Source of the DNA: Paraspadella gotoi
Lineage: Eukaryota > Animalia > Chaetognatha
Length of the DNA stretch: 64,000 nt
Direction: 5' to 3'
NCBI GenBank assembly: GCA_051294375.1
Contig: CM119263.1
Location: forward strand, 7,674,635-7,738,634
Position numbers and translations under genes: made by a program. Shown here one piece after another: positions 40,301 to 49,917 of this stretch (positions are counted from its first letter, which is position 1; every line of letters starts with the position of its first letter). The notes below the pieces were generated by a model, which saw only the letters and a program-made list of their open reading frames with translations, was not told where the DNA came from and did not search any database.

Positions 40301-42023
40301 GACTAATTTAATAAATAAGCTATCTTGTCCCTGTCTTTGGACAGGCTTTGGTGGTTTAAGGCCTCCATCATATATTTTATTTCTCTTTTTTTCTTCCAGC
40401 TTCTGCCGACTCTGTCTGGCGAACTGGTATTACGGTTCGAACCGAAAACGAACCTGCCCACAGTGTCGTCTCTCCTGGAACGGGTATCCTCGGACTAACG
40501 TTCTCCTCCGCAACACAATCCGCGTCCTCTTTCCCGCGGAAGTGTCGGCGCGGGAGGCGGAGGCGGCGGCGGCAGAGGATGCTGCAGCGGCGGAGACGTT
40601 ACGTCGGTTCGAGGACGACGCGTCCATCGCCGGTGGCGGACTCCTCTCTTTACTCGTTCTACATTTTTCCCCCACGACTCTCCGGGGATTTCTCAACGCC
40701 CTCCTCGTCGGAGCCGTCGCCGTCTTCATTGTCGGACATTTGCCGTGGCAACGAGACGAGTCTCTGGGTACCGTAACGAAACCCGTCCCCGAGTGGAGCG
40801 TCGACGACGTGGCCGCTTTCCTTCGAGGCCTGGGACCTTGGGCTCAGGATTACGGGGCCGTCTTCGCGGCGAACGCCATCGACGGTCAGCTAATAATGGC
40901 TCTGTCGGATCGCGACCTGCAAGAGCGGCCTTTTCGCGTAGCACCACGTTATCATCGACGTGCTTTGCTGTCGGCTTTGGCGGCGGCGAGGGCGCACGGC
41001 TCCAAGCCTCCCGCCGATCTATGGGAGTACAATGCAGCGAACCCAGGTACGGCGCTGCTGCTGCTCTGGGGTCTCAAGACGATACCCAGACACACGATTC
41101 TCGGCTATATGGTCTTCTTCGCCTACGATTCCATCCTCGTCCCGTTCGTGCACATAACTTGCCCCTCGTCGACCGCGGTGGAGTCGTCGGCGGGTGGCGC
41201 CCGGAATGAAGAACGTGAAAGGTGAGCGAATATAATCCTGTTAAACGTAATTGTTGTTGAATACCGTTCGCGAAAATTTAGAGTCATCTGGAAACCTGGT
41301 CGGTGTAACTTCTAGCTTATTTATTGTAAGAATGGCTAATTTTTTATTGGTTGTACCAATTTTAAAAAAGAAAAATACTTTGAATTTTTCTCTAATTCTT
41401 CAACCATTCTCTTCTCGAACCTTTTCCCAGCTTTTTTCGCCGACTGGATCCTATCTTTTGGGAGTTGCAGCCCTTCCGACGAAAGGCCCTTATATTTCAG
41501 TCACTTCTTTCTTTCAAACAAGACTCGGAGAGTCCCCACCTTCACCGCCCGCTGCAAACTCCTTCGCTAGGACAGGTGTTGTGAAATGATCAAAATCCTA
41601 TCTTGGACCGTAAAAAAAAGTAATTCGTAATAATTTACTTTTCTACAGTGGATAGAGTTTGTGACGAAGGTGCTGCTTCTACCTCACTTTTTGGTGGCGG
41701 AATTCGCTTGGGATTGGCTCAACGTTCATTACTGGACCACGGTTATAATCCTTCTCGACTGTTTGTTTCTCTCTGCCCTCGAAATTGTACATCTTCGCTT
41801 ATTATGTCAAAGGAATTTCGCCCAGTTTTTTAACCCCAACTCAACTGTGATACAAGAAATATGCCTCATTCTTGGCGCGTGCGCAATTTGGAGATATGTT
41901 CCTACCGTTATTTGTGACGTAACGTTTTATATATTGATATATTTTGTTCCTTTATTGAGGATAATTCGATGCGTTTTTAAAATTTCCAGAATTTTTGTCC
42001 GGACGTGGTATGCAAATTTTTGA
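37355..42023 (+). CDS. BFAR: Bifunctional apoptosis regulator-like (RING finger, TM, SAM, C-terminal TMs) with a long acidic N-terminal extension; exons 37355-38184, 38270-38386, 40400-41221, 41431-41575, 41649-42023
   Basis: Spliced RING EFNCSCCFELMVEPTTIQCGH|SFCRLCLANW...CPQCR (cf. human EFSCHCCYDILVNPTTLNCGHSFCRHCLALW); SAM KPVPEWSVDDVAAFLRGLGPWAQDY; KPPADLWEY; GQ|WIEFVTKVLLLPHFLVAEFAWDWLNVHYWT matches the BFAR AEFAWDWLEVHYWT motif. Intron phases are consistent. Attachment of exon 1 is less certain. Confidence 0.88.
39560..39915. repeat. Degenerate ~20-23-bp tandem array (atcaatgaat...tatc) preceded by short ggctgttca repeats, in BFAR intron 2
   Basis: tcaatgaat / tcaataaat / tcaatcatt recur roughly every 20-23 bp about a dozen times between 39650 and 39915; gctgttca occurs three times at 39565-39595. 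Confidence 0.65.
40151..40370 (+). repeat. Interspersed repeat copy A (split by a ~107-bp insert flanked by duplicated tttaataaata); matches 46949-47050 in reverse
   Basis: atgaaattggtacaaccaatataaaaattatccattcatttaataaata...agctatcttgtccctgtctttggacaggctttggtggtttaaggcctccatca is the near-exact reverse complement of 46949-47050. A partial third copy lies at 41341-41362. Confidence 0.8.
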
Positions 42024-42309
42024 ATTACTTTCGTTTTAATTTATTTTTAGTATGTTTTAAAATTATGTTGTGTAGAGTTTATCTACAATCACCTTGCCTC
42101 TTCAATACATTTACAAAATCGGGCTATTTTTTCTTAGGAATAAATTGTTCTGTTATTCTGTCTCTTTTTTAATCATTTGGATGCGGGCACTTGATCGTTG
42201 ATAAATTTCTCGTCGCATAACTTTCATTTGTTGTCATGCCTGTTCAACAATTATTTTGTTACCAGCGGTTTTAATTTTTCTGATAAACTAGTCAATAAAA
42301 CTCCCAACA

Positions 42310-45300
42310 ATGTGGAAAGCGACCGCAGGAGTTAAACCGGCTGTTGCTGCTAAACCAGGGAAGCCAGCGATTCCTAAAAAAGTCGATCTTACTTCGAATG
42401 ACGACGAGTGGGACACTGACCCTGACTTTGTAGTAAGTCAATTAACCTAATTGTGTATGTAATATTATTATGATTTGACTAAAACTGAAAGCCTAAAAAC
42501 TTGTCTGGATGCTTGCCTTCAGAACGATATATCCGAAAAAGATCAAAGATGGGGCGCCAAAACAATATCAGGTTCCGGTCATACCGCTTCTTTCAAGTAA
42601 GATGACCTTTCAAAATTTTAATAAAAAGATTCTATTTACATCCTTGGTTGTTAACATGAACCATTTCGACAGCATGACAGATTTAAGAAGCAATGTGATA
42701 AACGACGATCAAATCGTTGCCAAGGAAAAACTTTCATCCATCGGAACGGGTTCTTACGGCTACGGCGGGAAGTTCGGTGTTGAGAAGGACCGCATGGATA
42801 AGGTCATTTTTCACTTTTTCGGGTTTACAGAATTTAGGACTTTATAAATACTAACCACTGTTTTTTGGGTTTTTTTTACACCCTCTCCATATTTTTTTAG
42901 CTTTTATTATTGCCTCCTCTTTATTTTCATTATTTTGAATATCGTTTTTCCTCCATTTTGTTTATTTTGTTTTATTGTTTTATTGTTCTCCGTCTAGTTT
43001 TATCCTTCTTCTTCTTTTTATCAACATCCTCAATTCCTCACGTTTTCTTCACCAAATTAATTTTCTCGCGTTCACTAAGATTCGTCTTTTCTTTCACGCT
43101 TTATTAATTTCTATTCTAGCGTTCTCTCGCCTTCCTTCCATTTCACTTCCCTTTTTCACATCCCTTTTTCTCGCATTACCTCATTAATAATAATACACAA
43201 CGCCCTCTTTTTGTTACCAGTCGGCCAAAGGTCACGAATACCAAGAGGCGGCGTCGAAGCACGCTTCCCAAGTGGACGCGGCCAAAGGATTCGGCGGCAA
43301 ATACGGGATTCAGTCGGACCGTGTGGACAAGAGTGCCGTTTCTTGGTCGCACAAGGAGGAACTCACAAAACACGCTTCTCAGCAAGGTTAATAATCGCTG
43401 CCCTGCTGTTGGTATTTCTTCAATTTTGTTTACCGAAATTATTTTTTGAACCTCTTGCCTAAAGGTTCAAGCTAAAATTATTCAGCTCTTCGAAATTTTT
43501 CTTACTTTGCACCTCTAATAAGATCATTTTCACTCTTTATTTCCGGTGACTTTTTTCCCTTGTTCTGTCCCTATGGTGATTGGGATTTAAATTTAGACTA
43601 TAAAATCGGTTGGGGTGGAAAATTTGGACTACAGGAAGACCGGAAGGACGCTTCCGCTGCAGGGTGGGATTATCAGTCCAAATTGTCCCAACATGATTCC
43701 CAAAAGGGTGAGCAAATTTTTCTATCCTCATTTTGGCGTTGCTTATTTTTTTGAATTTTTTATCGTCTTGTTTTCGATGTTTTCAATTTGCATGTTTAAA
43801 AAAATTAGTTTAATAACTAGTTACTAGTAATAATTTTTAAATAAAAGCTTTATTTATACTATTCGTTTTTCCCATGCTGTAAAAAAATGGAATTACTCAT
43901 TTAGACAGGCGTAACATATTTTCTAGTATACTGCATACGTAAAAAGTGCGTTTACTTTTATACAGCAGAGCAACTACTAATATTTAATAATTCAAGTTGT
44001 CTAGTTGTTCTAGTTGTCACTTGAATCGTTATTTGCCTTACATATATTCTCACATATATTCAAAACGAATATATTTATGAAGTAAAAATAAGTGCACATA
44101 TATTTGGTTATTTCAGATCATTCAAAAGGATTTGGTGGAAGATATGGTGTTCAAAAAGATCGAGTCGATCAATCTGCAGTGGGATGGTCTTACAAAGAAA
44201 CTGTAGAGAAACATGAATCACAGAAAGGTAACAGCATCGCAAATGAATTCTAATAATTAAGTACTATTTTGACTACAACTTCATGGTGTTTTGTGATGAT
44301 ATTCCAGATGTATCAAAATATAAAAAAGTGAGCAAGTTTTTCTGATAAATTATTGATATAAACTTGTGATGAACTTTCGTTATTGGATTACAGCTGATTA
44401 TAATCATTCGCAATCAATTTTGTTTAAAGATTTTGTCATGTTAGTAATTAAATGTGATTAGTAAAGTTGTGTTCATTTTGATTGGTAGTGATCGAGCTGA
44501 GAAAGCTCCCTCTATTGCAATATTTAATTATTATTTTAGATCATTCGAAAGGATTCGGTGGAAAATATGGGGTTCAAACCGATCGCGTTGATCAATCTGC
44601 CGTCGGATGGGATTACAAAGAAACTGTTGATAAGCATGAATCTCAGAAAGGTATTACCTATATATGGTGTTTTTAATATATCTGCTTCATTTCCTTAAAA
44701 CAAATGTTATGGTGAAAAAAATTGTTTTTTGAGTCGAGGTAAAATCATTTACAGAAGGCTTCATATTATAAAATGTGGTAACCCATTTTTTTGTGACCAG
44801 AACACATTCCGAGAAAACTATTGAATAGATTTTAATGAAATTTGGTATGAACGATCCCTATGTGAATACAAATAGAAATATCGAGGCAAATTTCAATATT
44901 TGACCCCTGAGCCGAGATATGGGGCCCGGTAGGGGTCACTCATGGGGGCAAAAAATGGTCAAAATTTGTTTTTAATTTTTAATTTTTTTTTTTTTTTTGA
45001 ACAGTTCCCCAGATGTTTACTCTTCCACAAAAATGTATTTATTTCCACAAAAATATTAGTTTACCATAGGTTTCAGCTTCATGAACATCAGCTGTTCAAG
45101 TCAGATTTGGAATAATTCTGGAAAATTTGGAGAAAAACGATGAACCATGCATCTTCAACACCGATTAATTAGCAAAAAATTATTAATTTTAGCTTTAAAA
45201 AATATTTTTATATGTTTAAAACATCGATGAACCTGATTCTATTAAAAATTATAAAAAATGAAAACAAAATTTTTAGCATTTTTGGCCCCCCAGGGGTCCA

Positions 45301-48300
45301 GCCTCAGGGCCCTGTATCTCTTGTCAGGGGTTGAATATTAAAATTCGCTTCGATAGTTCCATTTATATTGTCATTAGAACTCTAAATGTAAAATTCATGA
45401 AATTTGATCCGGTAGTTTGGTGGAAACAGATTCTGGTCACAAAAAAGGTATTATGGCAACAGCCGGGTTGCCTGTGATGCCCATTGGGATGGGGCATCTC
45501 ACTGTTGGCTTTGGGGGCTTCCGACCCTCAGTGACGCATCCAGTCACTGGCGCGGTTACCCTAGGACGGTCTCGCTTTGCCAACGCAGAGGGAAGTCATT
45601 AGGACTGTGGATGGAACACTACGCCTGGGATGGTGTGTTCCCCCTCTGAGCCAATGGATTTGGCTGAACGATTGGTGGACGTGAGGCGGTGTGAATATAC
45701 CGCCACAGTATCACATTTTATAATATGAAGCCTTCTGTACTTTTTAAAATATTCTCGTTCCAATTAGGCTAATTTACCCTCGTTTTTTCATGATTTTTAA
45801 TAGAAGTTCATCAAAAAGCGAATCCAGAGAGGGAAGCAAGTGCTCGGTGAAATATTTATGTCTTAAGAAAAATTTTATGCGTTTTTTATCATCTCGAAAC
45901 TGATGGTGCTGTGGACTTTATGCTAAATACTTAAACTATACATGAACAAATAAAGTATAACAGTAGAAAAAACGGCAAATAATTTCGATTTTTGAGATGA
46001 AAGTCTGTTTTGTGTTAACAGAAAGTTAACATTATTACAAGCGTTAGTTTCACATGTGGCAACACATCCGTTGTATTCCTGTAAAAAAGCTTCTAATTTA
46101 TTCTCTTTATGTTAAGAAAATATTTTTTTAATTCTTACCTCATGATCGAGTCGTAAAACCTTTATTCCATTGCAAGAGTTTCCATAATCTTCATAAACAC
46201 AATTTCTTACAGTTAAGTTTCGCCCGTCAATTTTTCTCGTCCCCTAAATGAGTAGAATTTTTAAACAAAATTCACTTTTTACTGGCTTAACAAAATGTTA
46301 CCTTGATTTTAATGCAATAATTGGCCGGATACATAAATTCACCGGTCGCATGATTCTTAACGGCTTTTCCTAATGTAGTTTTGCAATGAGCATGATAGTA
46401 AGGCGAATAGTACGAAAAGCCTTGTAGAAAAAAAGAAAGGATGACTGTTTTTGAAAATTATATCCTTTCCTGATGTTTCCTTTTTTGTCAAAGTCTTCCA
46501 ACTGCTTGCTTTCTAGTAAAAAGTAATTTTTCTATTTACCGGTCTGAGGGTTATCGTCGCACAGTGGGTCGCTTCCATCGATTGAAATGCAGACGAAGCA
46601 GCCAATCCCCTCGACTTTAGCACCTCCGTCCATCCAGCCACCCTGAACAATGTTCAGTAAACTTGATTGAATTTCAAATCAGAAACGGTTTTCTCTATAA
46701 CAGCGGTTCCTACTTTCTATTAAAATCACCTGACATTCGTTTAACGCGGATAATATGAAGGTCAAAAATATAGGGTTGAAAAAACGAAGGCCTTGATTGA
46801 GCAATTTGACAGAACCGGAAGCTGAAAATGTAGGCTTTTCCATGGTTTCTTCCATTTCATCTTGTTCGTCTTTCTAACCAAAGACAAAAGGTCAGAGAGT
46901 CTTGATTGAAAGCTTGCAGAAACCTGCTATGTTATTATCTTGTAAGTGTGATGGAGGCCTTAAACCACCAAAGCCTGTCCAAAGTCAGGAACAAGATAGC
47001 TTATTTATTAAATGAATGGATAATTTTTATATTGGTTGTACCAATTTCATGATATAGAAATACGAAATAGAAATAAGAACAAATTTACTCACCGAATTAC
47101 TTATATAAAAAACAACCAACAGATCAAAAGAGTTTTTTTTTCCCCCACTCGTCCGTTTGTTTTTTTTTTTTTTTTTGTTTTTTTTTATTGTTTTTGGTTT
47201 TTTATATTTTTTTTGTCGGTCTGTCGGCTTCCTTCTTGCCAGTGAGAAAAAGAAACGTGTCAAAGACTTCGAAAGGAGAAGATGGAATGTGAAAGAAGTG
47301 ATGATGTTCTGTCGCTCCGTCTGCGTCGTCCGACTATTTATGGTGCGCGAGTCACGTTACCACGTCGTTTTCACGCGGAAGGAGAGCAAAAAAAAAGGAT
47401 GGGGATGAGGGCGAAAAGGAAAAGAGACGTAACCACGTTTTTTTTCACTAATCTTTGTCCTTTGGAAGCTTTTTGAAATTAAAGCGATGATCAAATTGAT
47501 CATGATGGTGTTGTCAGTTTTTAAAATCAAATGCTGAGGAAACTATGACATGTGTTAAAATAGATGCTTTTTACCGCGAATTAGATTTTAGATTTCAAAT
47601 CTGTTTTTTTCTTTGAATTTCAGATTATTCCGCTGGATTCGGTGGAAAGTATGGGGTTCAATCAGACCGTGTGGACAAGAGCGCCAAAGGATGGAGCGAA
47701 AGTCAAAAAACTGATCTTCATTCCTCCCAAACTGATGCGAGTAAGCAAATAGTTTTCCCCGTGTATACGCCGATTTTCACAGATTAAATTAGAGATGGGA
47801 GAATGTTTTCGCAAAATTTTTTGAGAATTTATGATCTCTGTACGTATAATATGTACTTTGTATTCGTTCCTTGTTTTTTTCGCATTGATTGGGATGTTCT
47901 TTCACAGGTAAGGGATTCGGCGGTAAATTCGGCGTTGAACGAGACCGAGTTGATTCCTCTGCTCACTCCTGGGAAGACAAGGACAAGACGGAGGATGCCC
48001 GGGTTCGTCAAGAACAAGATGTCGGTAAATTCGCAATTATTTTTTACGGTTCTGGTAGCAATGCTAGCATCATCCATACTTCATTCCACCTTAAAATGAT
48101 ATAATATCATTTTTGCGTTTTTAAATTAACTCCCACTGTTTATTTTAGTAATTTATCAATTATATTTATCTAGTGACATCGACTTATCCATTTTTCTGCC
48201 CTTATTTCCTTCCACTTGTCATTTGACCCACTTCCCTCTCTTCCCCTCACAGAGAGTGGAAAATGCAACGCGGGGGCGCGCAACCTGAAGGCTCGGTTTG

Positions 48301-49917
48301 AACAACTCGCCCACAGTCAAGACGAGGAAGCCAGGAAAGCGGGGGAGGCCGAGAAGGAGAGGAGGAGGAAGAGGGAGGAAGCGGAGAAGAACGGGGAGGA
48401 AAGGAGGAGAAACGACGAAGAAGCCGCGACCCGGGCGAGGCGCGAGAGGGAGGAGGAGGAGGAGGCCGCGGAGAGAAGGAAAGAAGAGGAGGAGAATAGG
48501 GAGCGGAGAGAGAGGGCTGAACGCGAGGGGAGGGAGGAAGAGAGGAGAAAGAGGGAAGAGAGGGAGGCGGCGAGACAAAGGGAGGAGAGGGAGGAGGAAG
48601 AAAAGAGAAAAAGGGCGGAGAGGGAGAGGCAGGCGGCGAGAGAAGCGGAGCAAAGATCCCGAAGAGAAAGCGAGGAGAGACGGAAAAGAGAAGAAAAGCA
48701 AAGGGAGGAAGAGCAGAGGAGGTAAATTGAGGGTGACCCGTTTTCGGTCGCCTCTTCCGTTTTTCCGATACTTATCCAGTTCCCTTTTGAATTCCTTTTG
48801 TCTTCATTGTGTCATATTCGTTCTCCCTCCCTCGCCTCGTCTTTCTTAAAGTTTTTTTTCAATTTTGAATGTTCATAAGAATGGTTTGTCTCATTTATTC
48901 CGTGAGTTATTGATCCTTGCAGGAAATTTTCAGAAATCAACGCTTATTTTTTGTATATTATTCTTTTAAAAAGTGTATTTCGTGTCTATATTTATCATTC
49001 AGTACATGCGTATCGTATTATTTCACTGATTGGCTTTTGCGCTTTCTCAGTTGATTTGAAAGCTTGCGCTCATCTGAAATTCATAGCAGGGTCCTTGTTT
49101 CAGGCTGGAAGAGGAGGCGGAAGCCGAACTGGCGGCCAAAGAAGCTGAATTGTCTTTGTTGAAAAAGCAAGAGGAAGAAAGAAGACGGAAAGAGTCGGAG
49201 GTATGTGGAACTGGAAGATTAAATGTCGACGCAATTCGTCGCTCTTGGTGTTATTTCATAACATGCATAAATATTAACTATTTGTGTTACTTATGCCAGG
49301 CGATGTTGGCCAAAGAACTTGCGGAGGTCGAAGCAGCCGTCGCTGAATTAAACGCCATTACTGAGAAAAAATCCCAAACTTCCCACACTGCGGTATCATA
49401 TCTATAATTGTAATTCGTAAGAAATATTACAATAGAATGTTCTTTTTTTTTTAAACAGCAACCTGTGATAGACGATTCGGAAGGTGATGTTTACGAGAAT
49501 TTTAATCCGAACGCTCCTTATGTCGGATCCACCGAACAAGGTTTGTTTATGATATTAGTACAAACAATTCAAAAAAGATCCATTCATTCCACTGCGTATT
49601 ATGAGTTTAAGTCCTCCGTCCCTCTTACTAAACAAAAATATCGCATATAATCCGTTAATCCATTATTTGGGTTTTAGTTTTTTTCAGAGTTTGATTAACT
49701 TACATGAATTTATTTGTTTTCAGCCGAAGAGTCTTCGAGCAAAGGATTAACGGCTGTGGCGCTTTTCGATTACCAAGCCGACGACGACGACGAGTTGACC
49801 TTTGACCCTGGCGAGGTCATCACTGAAATCGAGCAGATTGACCCGGGTTGGTGGAAAGGTGTGGCGCGAGGAAAGGTCGGTCTCTTTCCTGCCAACTACG
49901 TCGAATTGCGATCCTAG
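42310..49917 (+). CDS. CTTN: Cortactin (NTA with DEW, 6.5 cortactin repeats, long charged helix, C-terminal SH3); ~14 exons
   Basis: MWKATAG...[11 protein letters not shown]|[20 protein letters not shown] (human MWKASAG...[30 protein letters not shown]). Repeats GFGGKYG(I/V)Q.DRVD.SA..W....KH.SQ, three of them on 111-nt phase-1 exons (43597-43707, 44117-44227, 44540-44650). [12 protein letters not shown]; SH3 [39 protein letters not shown]...[10 protein letters not shown]. Confidence 0.96.
44752..45737. mobile_element. Non-autonomous TIR DNA transposon (MITE-like, 986 bp), Tc1/mariner-type TA target duplication
   Basis: Perfect 26-bp TIR cagaaggcttcatattataaaatgtg (44752-44777) / cacattttataatatgaagccttctg (45712-45737), flanked by TA (44750-51 and 45738-39). 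Imperfect internal inverted repeats at ~44835-44975 vs ~45260-45405. No transposase ORF. Confidence 0.88.
45435..45708 (+). ncRNA. Putative structured RNA-like segment inside the right end of the TIR element
   Basis: GC-rich island made almost entirely of stems: ggcaac/gttgcc, gatgccc-at/atggggcatc, cagtgac/gtcactg, cagaggg/ccctctg enclosing ggaacac/gtgttcc, agccaa/ttggct, ggcggtgt/ataccgcc. G-U pairs favour the + strand. No family recognised. Confidence 0.35.
45923..46855 (-). CDS. Nested antisense Ly6/uPAR three-finger protein, Quiver/sleepless-like, predicted GPI-anchored; exons 46855-46730, 46642-46540, 46420-46302, 46243-46139, 46078-45923; 202 aa
   Basis: Four canonical GT-AG introns (phases 0,1,0,0) join an uninterrupted ORF: ...[19 protein letters not shown]|[34 protein letters not shown]|[16 protein letters not shown]...[10 protein letters not shown]|[35 protein letters not shown]|[15 protein letters not shown]...[20 protein letters not shown]. 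The 10 Cys follow LU spacing (CxxC start, terminal CN), with an N-terminal hydrophobic stretch and a C-terminal hydrophobic tail. Confidence 0.9.
46949..47050 (-). repeat. Interspersed repeat copy B (uninterrupted), ~95 bp upstream of the nested Ly6 gene ATG
   Basis: Reverse complement of 40151-40370 without the insert; contains the hairpin attggt-tgt-accaat. Confidence 0.8.

Noticed and set aside
45417-45602. 61-aa ORF within the TIR element
   Set aside because: Non-ATG start, no transposase or nuclease motifs; it overlaps the GC-rich structured segment and is probably incidental.
45435-45708. Assignment of the structured segment to SRP/7SL, RNase P/MRP, telomerase RNA or hammerhead ribozyme
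   Set aside because: Only loose resemblances (gccggg..tgcctgt; ggaagtc; ttaccctag). The diagnostic conserved cores (SRP helix 8, P4 pseudoknot halves, CUAACCCU template, CUGAUGA/GAAA) were not found.
45923-46900. Degraded transposase next to the TIR element
   Set aside because: The apparent stop codons are explained by four introns; the spliced product is an intact Ly6-type protein lying outside the TIRs.
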